Assembly (NCBI GenBank): GCA_031580925.1
Contig: JAVLCB010000002.1
Span: 12,710-76,709 of the forward strand
Source of the DNA: Wenzhouxiangella sp.
GTDB taxonomy: Bacteria; Pseudomonadota; Gammaproteobacteria; Xanthomonadales; Wenzhouxiangellaceae
Direction: 5' to 3'
Length of the DNA: 64,000 nt
Shown: one piece after another, positions 27,462 to 36,802 of the stretch
How the letters are laid out: every line of letters begins with the position of its first letter
Position numbering within the stretch: position 1 is the stretch's first letter
Translations under genes and position numbers: made by a program
The notes under the pieces: model-generated
Database searches by the model: none
What the model was told of the DNA's origin: nothing
Seen by the model: the letters and a program-made list of their open reading frames with translations, nothing else

Positions 27462-28616
27462 ATGCCTGAATTTGAAGACGCCACATTATTTCCTGTCATC
27501 AAACGCCACCATTGGCTGAATCATGCCGCCATCTCCGCCTGGCCCGAGCCCGTGATTGGTGCCGCGCAGAAGTTTGTCTCAGACAACCAGCACCACGGGG
27601 CCTTGCACTACGAAGACTGGATGGCCAACGAAGAGGCGCTGCGAGGCCAATTGGCGCGATTTTTGGATGCCGACAGCGCCGATGATATCTCACTGCTGAG
27701 AAACACCTCGGAGGCTTTGAACATCATCGCCACAGGCCTCAGTTGGTCACCGGGCGATGAGGTCATCTTCCCCGCCAACGAGTTCCCCTCCAACCTGTTG
27801 CCGTGGGCGGCGTTGGAAGCCCAAGGCGTGGTGGTCAAGGCCGTGACATTATCAAAGACTCAGCCTGAACAAGACATCATCGCCCAAATCACCCCCAAGA
27901 CCCGATTGGTGTCGGTCTCGGCGGTGCAATTTGATACCGGCGTGCGGCTGGACCTTGACGCGATCGGGCAAGCAGCGCATCACGCCGGCGCGCTTTTTTG
28001 CGTCGACGCGATTCAGATGCTTGGCGCGTTGCCGCTGTCGGTGCGACACCTGCCGGTGGACTTCGTGGTCTCTGGCAGCCACAAGTGGTTGATGGCGCCT
28101 GAAGGCATGGGGTTTATGTGGTCTCGCCGGGGCGTTCGCGAGCGCATGAAAGTGGCGTTGCCGGGCTGGCGCATGTATGACGATCCGTTCAACTTCAACC
28201 GAACCGACTGGACGCCGCCACCCACCGGACGACGCTTTGAGACCGGCACGGTCAATATGTTTGGCGTGCACGGCCTGGCGGCGGCCATTGATTTGTTGAT
28301 CAAGCTGGGGCCAGAACGCACCGCATCGGCGCTGTTGGACCGGACCGATCACATCGTCAATGCCCTGTCACAATCCCCCAACATCGACTTGCTGACACCG
28401 GTTGAGCGCGAGCGTCGCGCGGGCATTGTGTGTTTTCGTGTGCACGGCACGGACGCCGAGTGCATGGTCAATCAGTTGGCTGAACAAGACATCTTCGTGG
28501 CCAAGCGTGGCCACAACATCCGTGTCTCGCCCCACTTTTACACGCCCTATGACCAAATCGATGCGTTCTTGGCCCGGATACAAGACACCCGGTTGCTGGC
28601 CGACTGCGCGGCTTAA
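27462..28616 (+). CDS. Aminotransferase class V PLP-dependent enzyme (cysteine desulfurase / C-S lyase-like)
   Basis: WLNHAA, RNTSEALN, EFPSN, VDAIQMLG, PLP lysine in GSHKWL, RFETGT, RVSPHFY. Confidence 0.85.
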   Translation: MPEFEDATLFPVIKRHHWLNHAAISAWPEPVIGAAQKFVSDNQHHGALHYEDWMANEEALRGQLARFLDADSADDISLLRNTSEALNIIATGLSWSPGDEVIFPANEFPSNLLPWAALEAQGVVVKAVTLSKTQPEQDIIAQITPKTRLVSVSAVQFDTGVRLDLDAIGQAAHHAGALFCVDAIQMLGALPLSVRHLPVDFVVSGSHKWLMAPEGMGFMWSRRGVRERMKVALPGWRMYDDPFNFNRTDWTPPPTGRRFETGTVNMFGVHGLAAAIDLLIKLGPERTASALLDRTDHIVNALSQSPNIDLLTPVERERRAGIVCFRVHGTDAECMVNQLAEQDIFVAKRGHNIRVSPHFYTPYDQIDAFLARIQDTRLLADCAA

Positions 28617-28632
28617 GCCACCCAAACGTGCA

Positions 28633-29631
28633 TCACCCGCTGTGCCAGTGGTTTTCCCAAGCCAGCAGCCAGCGCCCCAGCAACAAATCCTGGCGCACAC
28701 CGCTGCCGGTCAAGGCCAAACCCTCAAGCGCGGCGGACCACAACTCAGACCAGTCCTTGTGATGCGCTTGCCCAAGCACCCCATCAAGCCGGCCACCGTC
28801 GTCTAACGCCAGCACCTCGCCCGTGGCCAGCTCGCTGACCCAATAGGCCAAGCACGTCCAAGTCGCGCTGGCTTGGTCCGCCCACTGGGTCGGTAAGTCC
28901 GGTCGCACCCCTTCGCCCTTTGCAATCCCAACCAAGGCCGCCCACACCGACTCAGCGGTCTCGGTGAGGCCAGCCTCGAGGTGGCTCAATGCCAAACACG
29001 GCGCGCCTGACGCCATTTTCAGCGCCAAGCGCCGCTGGGTGGCATCAAACGCTTGCGCTTGAAGATCCAGCCACCGGCGGGCGTCTTCGAGGCTGGGGGG
29101 CTGAACCACGACTTTCTGGCAGCGGCTCCACACCGTCGGCGGCAACCGCCCGGGGGCATGCGAGACCAGAATCAACCACACGTTGTTGGGGGGCTCTTCG
29201 AGTGTTTTCAAAAGCGCATTGGCCGCATTCGCGTTCATCAACTCAGCCGACTCAATCACCGCCACCCGGTGGGCGCCCGCTGCCGGTGTCAACGCGACTT
29301 TCTCGATCAACGCGCGGACCTGGTCGACCACAATCTCTTTGGCGTCTTCCAAAACAGAGACCACAAACAAATCCGGGTGGCTGCCCGCGGCAATCATCTG
29401 ACACGCGGCGCACTGTCCGCAAGCACCACCCGTGGCTTGCGACGTTGTGCCACCGTCTGAGGCCCCGCGGTTGAGACACAAGATGGCCGATGCCAATGCG
29501 TGCGCCAACGCGTGCTTGCCAATGCCTTGGGGGCCGTGCAGCAACGGCGCGTGCCCCAATTGGCCGCGCTCGAACTCGCCGCACAAGCGCACCGTTGGCG
29601 CATGCAGCCAAGGCAGGCCGTGCTCAGCCAC
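28633..29631 (-). CDS. holB: DNA polymerase III subunit delta'
   Basis: GPQGIGK, CGQCAAC, HPD, ANALLKTLEEPP, SRCQ; follows tmk. Start set at GTG 29631. Confidence 0.93.
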   Translation of the reverse strand: MAEHGLPWLHAPTVRLCGEFERGQLGHAPLLHGPQGIGKHALAHALASAILCLNRGASDGGTTSQATGGACGQCAACQMIAAGSHPDLFVVSVLEDAKEIVVDQVRALIEKVALTPAAGAHRVAVIESAELMNANAANALLKTLEEPPNNVWLILVSHAPGRLPPTVWSRCQKVVVQPPSLEDARRWLDLQAQAFDATQRRLALKMASGAPCLALSHLEAGLTETAESVWAALVGIAKGEGVRPDLPTQWADQASATWTCLAYWVSELATGEVLALDDGGRLDGVLGQAHHKDWSELWSAALEGLALTGSGVRQDLLLGRWLLAWENHWHSG

Positions 29632-30271
29632 CGGCTTTCCCCGACAGCCGTTGACTGAGTGCTTTTTCAATCAGGGCCTGCACGTTGTCAATCGATTGGG
29701 TGGCATCGATCACCACAAACCGCTCCGGTTCTCGCTTGGCTTGATCCAAATACCCCTGTCGAACGCGTTCAAAAAACGCCAGATCGGCCAGCTCAAATCG
29801 GTTCAGGGCCGCGCCGCGTTGGCCCACACGCTCCATGCCGATGGTCACGGGCACATCCAGCAGCAACGTCAAATCCGGTTTGAGCGTGGGGTGCACCCAA
29901 TCGGCCAGCGCATCCACCGACGACAAGCCCAACTGGCGGCCGGCCCCCTGGTAGGCGCGGCTGGCATCGGTGAATCGATCACACAAGACATCCTCGCCTC
30001 GCGCCAACGCCGGCTCAATGATTTTGGCAATGTTTTCAGCGCGCGCGGCAAACATCAACAACAGCTCGGTGGTTGGCGCCATATCGCCTCGAGAATCCAA
30101 CAGCATGTCTCGAATGCGCTCGGCCAGTGGCGTGCCCCCCGGCTCTCGCGTGCTGGTCACCGTCCGGCCTTGTCCGACCAGCCATGCCTGAATGAATTGC
30201 TGCGCGGTGGTTTTGCCCGCCCCCTCACCGCCTTCGAGCGTGATGAGCCATCCCCGGTGGTTGTCTGTCAT
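29624..30271 (-). CDS. tmk: Thymidylate kinase
   Basis: EGGEGAGKTT, TREPGGT, LCDRF, PDLTLLLD. Confidence 0.97.
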   Translation of the reverse strand: MTDNHRGWLITLEGGEGAGKTTAQQFIQAWLVGQGRTVTSTREPGGTPLAERIRDMLLDSRGDMAPTTELLLMFAARAENIAKIIEPALARGEDVLCDRFTDASRAYQGAGRQLGLSSVDALADWVHPTLKPDLTLLLDVPVTIGMERVGQRGAALNRFELADLAFFERVRQGYLDQAKREPERFVVIDATQSIDNVQALIEKALSQRLSGKAGG

Positions 30272-31278
30272 TGCTCCAATCCTCGAATGTAACGATTCAC
30301 GGCTCGGTTGTGCGCTTCCAGCGTCGCCGAAAACACGTGGCTGCCGTCGCCCCTGGCCACAAAGTAAAGTACCTCACCAATCTCAGGCTGACTGGCCGCG
30401 TGCAACGACGCCCGACTGGGCAAAGCGATCGGCGTGACAGGCAAACCGTGACGGGTGTAGGTGTTCCATGGGTGATCGGTTCGCAAATGCGCGCGCGTCA
30501 GGTCCCCATTATAGGACTCATCCAAGCCATAGATCACGGTGGGGTCGGTTTGCAGGCGCATGCCCAATCGAAGCCGGCGCACAAACACCCCAGCAATGGT
30601 CGCCCGCTCACGATCCAGTGCGGTCTCTTTTTCGATCAATGACGCCAAAATCAGCAGCTCATCGGGTGTCTCAACAGGCAGCCCATCCATCCGCTTGGCC
30701 CACAGCGCCGACACCGCGTCTTGTTTGGCCTGGTGCGCGCGCTCTAAGATGGACAAATCACTCTCGCCGCGGGCGTACAAATACGTCTCGGGCAGAAACT
30801 GACCCTCTGCAAAACACCCCTCGCACCCCACAGACGCCATCACCTCGTCGTTTGACCAGCCGTCGGTGAGCTGAACGAGCTTTGGCTCGTCGGCCAAACG
30901 CCGGCGCAAATCCGCGACCGTCCAACCCTCAACAATCGTGAGCGGATGGAGACGGACGCGGCCTTGGCCCATCTGCTCAACCAGGTCAGGCAATGATTGC
31001 CCCGGTTGAACCCAGTATTCGCCCGCCCTCACCTGGGGCCTGAGCAAACGCCCATAGAGTCGCCACAAAAGCGGCCGCTCGATCAACGACAGACGGTGAA
31101 GCTGCGCAATCAAGCCTTGAAAATGCGACCCTGTGGGCAGCTGCACGACGAGTTGCTCATCAGGTTCTGACAACAAGGGCGCATCGAGCGCGGTGACAAG
31201 CTTGTGGCCGATCAGCCCAGCAAGCATGACCAGCACCACCAGCACCCCACCCCAGCGAAACTTTGATCCTGTCAGCAT
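30268..31278 (-). CDS. mltG: Endolytic transglycosylase MltG
   Basis: N-terminal TM, EGQFLPETY, LASLIEKE, LQTDPTVIYG, PWNTY, YFVARGDGSHVFS. Start set at ATG 31278, preceded by GAGGTG. Confidence 0.95.
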   Translation of the reverse strand: MLTGSKFRWGGVLVVLVMLAGLIGHKLVTALDAPLLSEPDEQLVVQLPTGSHFQGLIAQLHRLSLIERPLLWRLYGRLLRPQVRAGEYWVQPGQSLPDLVEQMGQGRVRLHPLTIVEGWTVADLRRRLADEPKLVQLTDGWSNDEVMASVGCEGCFAEGQFLPETYLYARGESDLSILERAHQAKQDAVSALWAKRMDGLPVETPDELLILASLIEKETALDRERATIAGVFVRRLRLGMRLQTDPTVIYGLDESYNGDLTRAHLRTDHPWNTYTRHGLPVTPIALPSRASLHAASQPEIGEVLYFVARGDGSHVFSATLEAHNRAVNRYIRGLEQ

Positions 31279-31303
31279 GCGCTCACCTCGGATGCGTGCC
31301 CAT

Positions 31304-32110
31304 TCATGGCAACACCTCGGCCCAAGCAGACTGCAGTCGGCGACACGCGTCCCGGCTGGCAAGCACTCGCCCATCCAGGCTGGCCACCGGGCGCACCCCG
31401 GCAATGGCATTGACCAACATCACCTCACTGGCCACGGCAACGGTGTCTTGGGCCACGGCCTCGAAGGCGATGTCGACACCTTGGGCGCGCAACCACTCAA
31501 GCCCCACACCCAAGACCTCGGGCGTGGCGGGTGACAGCAGCCGATCGCCCACCCGCACAATCACATTCGATGCCACCCCCTCAGCCAGACTGCCATCGGC
31601 TCGATAGGCCAACAACTCATCCACACCGCGGTGTTGGGCTTCTCGGGCCAGCATGACCTGGTCCAAGCGATTGCCGTGCTTGAGCCCCTGAACCCCACTG
31701 GCATGCGCGACCGGCAGCACCGCCTCGGCAGTGGCCACCGTCAGACCATTTTGGCGTTGGTCTTCGATGCCCAAAGGCCACGGCCTGGGCTGCACAATGC
31801 GTCGAGTCTGGGGCGATTGAGGCAACCAATACCCACCGGATGAGCTGCCGCGCGTCAGCGTCATGCGCACCACCTGTGGCTCGTTGGTCGCCACTCGAGC
31901 CAAGTCGCCCTCCAGCAGTGCCTGTTCGGGGCAGGCAATGCCCAAAGCGCGACAACCCGCCGTCAGGCGTTGCCAATGCCACGGCCACAACGGGGCACCA
32001 TCGGCGCACTGCAACACGGTCTCAAACACGTGATCACCAAACAAAAAGCCCCGATCATCCACGGGAATGGTTGAGCTTAATTCGCCGTCGACCAACACCA
32101 AAGCAGACAC
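31304..32110 (-). CDS. pabC: 4-amino-4-deoxychorismate lyase (aminotransferase class IV)
   Basis: DRGFLFGDHVFET, HWQRL, GLKHGNR, EG..SNV, NAIAG; upstream of mltG. Start set at GTG 32110. Confidence 0.88.
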   Translation of the reverse strand: MSALVLVDGELSSTIPVDDRGFLFGDHVFETVLQCADGAPLWPWHWQRLTAGCRALGIACPEQALLEGDLARVATNEPQVVRMTLTRGSSSGGYWLPQSPQTRRIVQPRPWPLGIEDQRQNGLTVATAEAVLPVAHASGVQGLKHGNRLDQVMLAREAQHRGVDELLAYRADGSLAEGVASNVIVRVGDRLLSPATPEVLGVGLEWLRAQGVDIAFEAVAQDTVAVASEVMLVNAIAGVRPVASLDGRVLASRDACRRLQSAWAEVLP

Positions 32111-32111
32111 C

Positions 32112-33488
32112 TTAAGCCACCACCCCAAAGGCCGACAGCAGCCCTTTTGCCTTGGCCTCGGTCTCACGAAGCTCCGCCCACGGATCAGAATCGGCGACGA
32201 TCCCTGCCCCAGTTCGAAAGCGCACCCCTTGGTCGGTCAAACACGCCGAGCGAATGAGTATGTTCATGTCCATGTTGTCATGACAATCAATGTAGCCCAT
32301 CGCGCCAGTGTAGGCGCCCCGCCCCACCCCTTCCAACTCGGCGATGATCTCCATGCATCGGACTTTCGGACACCCCGTGATCGTCCCACCAGGAAACACC
32401 GCACACAGCGCATCAATTGAGCTCGCTCCGGGCTTCAGCTGCCCGATGACATTGGACACAATGTGGTGCACGTGCGCATAACTCTCCACGCCCATCAACT
32501 CATCGACCTCCACCGTGCCAGGCCGACACACGCGGCCCAAGTCGTTGCGCTCAAGATCAATCAGCATCACATGTTCTGCGCGTTCTTTGAGGTTGCCGGT
32601 GAGCTCCTCGATCAGCGCCAAGTCTTTGGCCGTTGACGCACCGCGGGGGCGTGTGCCCGCAATTGGGCGGGTTTGTATTCTGTCTTTGCGCCGCTCAATG
32701 AGCCGCTCGGGTGACGTGCTGATCACCGTCCCACCGGGCAGATGGGCCAAGCCTGAAAACGGTGATGGATTGGAGGCCATCAGGGCATCAAACAAGGCCA
32801 TCGGGCGCGTCTGGCCCTCGCTGGACAGCCGCCACTCCCGCGACAGGTTGACTTGGAACACATCACCGGCGTCAATATACGCTTGAATGGCGCGAACGCC
32901 CTCGACAAAGCGCTCGGGGGGGTCGACAGACACCCGCCACTGCAACGCATCCATGGCGATTTCGGCATCCGGCCCAACATCCGCGGGGTCCAGCGCATCC
33001 ACCTCCGCCTGGGCCTGGCGTTGCCAGTCGGCCGATTCGCTGACCAGCCAGCAGCGGTTGAGCTGGTGGTCAAACAGCACCGCACACCCGCACTCGGCAG
33101 CAAACGCCGTGGGGATGGCATCGGGCGGCGCCGGCACGGTTAACGTCGGCTCGACAGCGCTGGCCATCTCATAGCCCAAATAAACAAACCAACCCCCCAA
33201 AAACGGCAATTCAGCGTCGCTGGGGGCGGGTGGGTTGGCGCCGAGGCGGGTGTTCAGTTGGGCAAAAAACCGGTGGCGATCAGCAAAGGGGGCCGACAGC
33301 GCCTCGCCGGTTTGGCGAAAGGCAATGGACCACCGAGACGAGCGGGTGCGCCCTTCACCGGCTGAGTGCAACAAAAACCGCCACCGGTCTGGGTAGGCTT
33401 CAACCAACGCCCGCAGATCAACTGGGGTCGCCACGGGGTCAATGGTCGGCGCGGCCCGTTGCAACATACGCAGCCGACGTGTCGTCAA
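32112..33488 (-). CDS. pabB: Aminodeoxychorismate synthase component I (chorismate-binding MST enzyme, PIAGT type); start 33488 TTG or 33467 ATG
   Basis: SPERL, RPIAGT, KERAEHVMLIDLERNDLG, FPGGTITGCPK, GAGIV; directly upstream of pabC. Confidence 0.82.
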   Translation of the reverse strand: MTTRRLRMLQRAAPTIDPVATPVDLRALVEAYPDRWRFLLHSAGEGRTRSSRWSIAFRQTGEALSAPFADRHRFFAQLNTRLGANPPAPSDAELPFLGGWFVYLGYEMASAVEPTLTVPAPPDAIPTAFAAECGCAVLFDHQLNRCWLVSESADWQRQAQAEVDALDPADVGPDAEIAMDALQWRVSVDPPERFVEGVRAIQAYIDAGDVFQVNLSREWRLSSEGQTRPMALFDALMASNPSPFSGLAHLPGGTVISTSPERLIERRKDRIQTRPIAGTRPRGASTAKDLALIEELTGNLKERAEHVMLIDLERNDLGRVCRPGTVEVDELMGVESYAHVHHIVSNVIGQLKPGASSIDALCAVFPGGTITGCPKVRCMEIIAELEGVGRGAYTGAMGYIDCHDNMDMNILIRSACLTDQGVRFRTGAGIVADSDPWAELRETEAKAKGLLSAFGVVA

Positions 33489-34732
33489 TCGATCGCGCGA
33501 AAGACCAACGACCCATTGGTTCCACCAAACCCAAATGAGTTGCTGAGGGCGACCTTGATGGCTTTGTCACGGGCGTGGTGGGGCACCAGATCAATGCCAG
33601 CACAGGCGGGGTCTTGCTCATCGAGATTGATGGTGGGCGGCACCACGCCATCGCGGATGGCCAAGACGCTGGCGATGGCCTCAATGCCACCCGCCGCGCC
33701 CAGCATGTGGCCGGTCATGGACTTGGTTGAGCTCATCATCAAGGATTTGGCGTGTTCACCAAAGACGGAATTCACGGCCGCGATTTCAGCCAGATCGCCC
33801 ACCTGCGTGGAGGTGCCGTGGGCATTGATGTAGTCGACCTCGTCGGCATTGATGGCGGCATCAGACAGCGCCGTGGCCATGCACTGCGCCGCGCCTGCGC
33901 CCCCTTCGGGTGGTGCGGTCATGTGGTGGGCGTCGCCGCTCATCCCAAAGCCGATCAGCTCAGCGTAAATGTTGGCACCGCGCGCTTGGGCCCGCTCCAA
34001 TGTTTCGAGGACCACCACCGCCGCGCCATTGCTGAGCACGAAGCCATCGCGATCCACGTCCCAGGGTCGGCTGGCACGGGTGGGCTCGTCGTTGCGCGTC
34101 GACAACGCCCGCGCGGCTGTAAAGCCACCGTAAGCGGTGGGCGTGGTGCCGTATTCGCTGCCCCCCGCGAGCATCACATCGGCATCGCCATAGGCAATCA
34201 TCCGAGCGGCTTGGCCGATGTTGTGCGTGGCCGTGGTGCAGGCGGTCACGATACTGATGTTCGGGCCCTTATAGCCATACCGGATGGAGACGTTGCCGGC
34301 GATCATGTTGATGATGCAACCGGGCACAAAGAAAGGCGAGATCTTTTTGGGCCCCTTGTCTAGGAAACTTTGGTAGGTTTTTTCGATCGTTTCGATGCCA
34401 CCGATCCCCGACCCGATCGCCAGCCCGTAGCGCTCGGCATCGTCAGGTTCACTTGGCAGCCCGGCATCTTCGATGGCCTGAATGGATGCGGCCATCCCGT
34501 AGTGAATAAAAGGATCAGAGATTCTGGCTTCTTTGCTCGACAGGTAGCGATCGATGGGAAAGTCTCTCACTTCCCCGGCAATCCGCGCACTGAAATCACT
34601 GGCATCGAAGGCCTGGAGCGGCCCGATGCCACTGTCGCCATTTTTCAGCGCATCCCAAACACTTGGGACATCACACCCCACCGGGCTGACACAGCCCAGC
34701 CCGGTGATGACGATGCGACGACCACCTTGCAT
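33485..34732 (-). CDS. fabF: Beta-ketoacyl-ACP synthase II
   Basis: VTACTT, YINAHGTST, KSMTGHMLGAAG, SNSFGFGGTN; follows acpP. Confidence 0.97.
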   Translation of the reverse strand: MQGGRRIVITGLGCVSPVGCDVPSVWDALKNGDSGIGPLQAFDASDFSARIAGEVRDFPIDRYLSSKEARISDPFIHYGMAASIQAIEDAGLPSEPDDAERYGLAIGSGIGGIETIEKTYQSFLDKGPKKISPFFVPGCIINMIAGNVSIRYGYKGPNISIVTACTTATHNIGQAARMIAYGDADVMLAGGSEYGTTPTAYGGFTAARALSTRNDEPTRASRPWDVDRDGFVLSNGAAVVVLETLERAQARGANIYAELIGFGMSGDAHHMTAPPEGGAGAAQCMATALSDAAINADEVDYINAHGTSTQVGDLAEIAAVNSVFGEHAKSLMMSSTKSMTGHMLGAAGGIEAIASVLAIRDGVVPPTINLDEQDPACAGIDLVPHHARDKAIKVALSNSFGFGGTNGSLVFRAID

Positions 34733-34748
34733 GACGAGTCAGCCAGGC

Positions 34749-34988
34749 TCAGGAGTTGACGTGTTGATTGATGTAATCGATGGCCTGCTGGACACTGGTG
34801 ATTTTCTCAGCCTCCTCATCTGGAATCTCACACTCAAACTCTTCTTCGAGTGCCATCACCAATTCAACGGTGTCCAGTGAGTCTGCGCCCAGATCATCCA
34901 CAAAAGAGGCACTGGGTGTGACTTCTTCTTCTTTAACACCCAGTTGCTCGATCACGATTTTCTTTACTCGTTCTTCAATGCTGCTCAT
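34749..34988 (-). CDS. acpP: Acyl carrier protein
   Basis: [11 protein letters not shown]...[21 protein letters not shown]; GGAGG RBS. Start set at ATG 34988. Confidence 0.98.
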   Translation of the reverse strand: MSSIEERVKKIVIEQLGVKEEEVTPSASFVDDLGADSLDTVELVMALEEEFECEIPDEEAEKITSVQQAIDYINQHVNS

Positions 34989-35116
34989 TGCCAGTGGTCC
35001 TCCAGATAGATAATCAATCAGCCGACCCATTGTAGTGGACACGACCCCATCATGCCAGCCAGCTCAAACAATTTAACGCATGAAAACAAGGGGTCTGTTT
35101 ACGCTTAAAACTATTA

Positions 35117-35147
35117 AAAACAGACGCTTAAGATGAACTCTTAAGCG
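35117..35147 (-). terminator. Putative intrinsic terminator or stem-loop immediately after fabG
   Basis: Minus strand reads CGCTTAAGA-GTTCA-TCTTAAGCG (perfect 9-bp stem) followed by TCTGTTTTT. Confidence 0.55.
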
Positions 35148-35149
35148 AT

Positions 35150-35893
35150 CTATGTCAAATACATGCCGCCGTTGACATGCAGTGTTTGGCCTGTGATGTA
35201 ACCCGCCGCTGGGCTGGCCAAAAAGGCCACCAACGCGGCAACGTCAGCCGCATCACCCAAACGCTTGGCTGGGATGGTCTCCAGCAGCCGCTCGCGTTGC
35301 TCATCACTCAGCTGCGCGGTCATGTCCGTGGCAATAAACCCCGGCGCCACGACGTTGCAGGTGATCCCTCGAGCCGCCACCTCGAGTGCCAACGCGCGCG
35401 AAAACCCTTCCAGTCCGGCCTTGGCTGCCGCGTAGTTGGTCTGGCCTGGGTTGCCTGTCGAGGCGACCACAGAAGACACGCTGACGATCCGGCCATGGCG
35501 GTTTTTGACCATGCCCTTGAGGCAGGCCCGTGTCAGGCGCATGGTGCCGGTGAGGTTGGTCTCCAGCACGGCTTGCCAGTCCTCGTCTTTGAGGCGCAGC
35601 AACAGTTGATCGCGCGTAATGCCGGCGTTGTTGATCAACACGCTGATGGGTCCATGCTGATCTTGGATGTCTTTGACCGCCGCATCAATGGTCTCGGGTT
35701 GGCCCAAGTCAAGCACCCAGCCGCGGCCGTTGCCCAGGGACTCATCAATGGCCGCCTGGCCGCTGCTGGAGGTCGCCGTGCCCAGCACGAAAAAACCTTG
35801 GTCGGCCAAGGTGGTGGCAATGGTGTGCCCAATCCCGCGACTGGCGCCTGTGACCAAACAAACCCCCGTTGGGGCCTCAACCGTGGATGTCAT
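35150..35893 (-). CDS. fabG: 3-oxoacyl-ACP reductase
   Basis: TGASRGIG, NNAGITRD, YAAAK, PGFIATDMT, GQTLHVNGG. Confidence 0.97.
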   Translation of the reverse strand: MTSTVEAPTGVCLVTGASRGIGHTIATTLADQGFFVLGTATSSSGQAAIDESLGNGRGWVLDLGQPETIDAAVKDIQDQHGPISVLINNAGITRDQLLLRLKDEDWQAVLETNLTGTMRLTRACLKGMVKNRHGRIVSVSSVVASTGNPGQTNYAAAKAGLEGFSRALALEVAARGITCNVVAPGFIATDMTAQLSDEQRERLLETIPAKRLGDAADVAALVAFLASPAAGYITGQTLHVNGGMYLT

Positions 35894-36798
35894 GATTGCA
35901 CCTCATATCCGAAAGGACGCCATTCGACTGCACGCTCAATGCGCTTGCCCAGCCCTGTCAACACGCGACCCGGGCCGCACTCAAAAAAGACATCACAGCC
36001 TTGATCGACCAATTGGCGGATCGTTGACGTCCACTGCACCGGGTGCGCCAGTTGTTGGACCAAAGCGTGCCGGATGTCTTTGACGGCCCGATGGCTGCAG
36101 GCATCGAAATTGTGGATGACATCGCACTGCGGCGCCGACAATGTCACCGCATCGAGTTCGGTGGCAAACGCTTGGGCGGCCTCACCCATCAAAGCGCAGT
36201 GCGAGGGCACGCTGACAGGCAGCAGCAGGGTTTTTTTCGCCCCGGCCTGTTTGGCTTGGAGCATCAACCGCTCCACCGCGCTGGCGTGACCGGCGACCAC
36301 CAACTGCCCCGGCGAGTTGTAATTGGCGGGGGCAACAACCTCATCGTCGGCCACCTCGCGACACAGCGCCTCGACCACGTCATCTGGCAAACCCAAAATC
36401 GCCGCCATCGAGCCCACCCCAGGTGCCACCGCCGATTGCATCAGCCGGGCGCGCTCACACACCAGCGCCAAGGCGTCATCAAACGACACCACCCCAGCGG
36501 CAATCAGCGCGTTGAACTCACCCAGGCTGTGACCGGCCACCGAATGGGGTGCTGGGTGCTGGTCTGCGTGGATCCGCCAAAACAGGTGATTAACGCCCAA
36601 CAACACCGGCTGGGTGATCTCGGTTTGGTTGAGGCGCTGTTGCGGGCCGTTGGCAATCAAATCGAGCACATCAAACCCCAAACGCGCCGAGACGCGCTCA
36701 AAAATAGAGTGCTTCAGGGGCTGATGCTCGTCAGGCAAGTCATTGAGCATGCCCAAGGCTTGTGAACCTTGACCGGGGAAGATCACCGCGCTTGTCAT
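35890..36798 (-). CDS. fabD: Malonyl-CoA:ACP transacylase
   Basis: FPGQGSQ, GHSLGE, ANYNSPGQ, VSVPSHC, ECGPG. Confidence 0.96.
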   Translation of the reverse strand: MTSAVIFPGQGSQALGMLNDLPDEHQPLKHSIFERVSARLGFDVLDLIANGPQQRLNQTEITQPVLLGVNHLFWRIHADQHPAPHSVAGHSLGEFNALIAAGVVSFDDALALVCERARLMQSAVAPGVGSMAAILGLPDDVVEALCREVADDEVVAPANYNSPGQLVVAGHASAVERLMLQAKQAGAKKTLLLPVSVPSHCALMGEAAQAFATELDAVTLSAPQCDVIHNFDACSHRAVKDIRHALVQQLAHPVQWTSTIRQLVDQGCDVFFECGPGRVLTGLGKRIERAVEWRPFGYEVQS

Positions 36799-36802
36799 CG
36801 AC

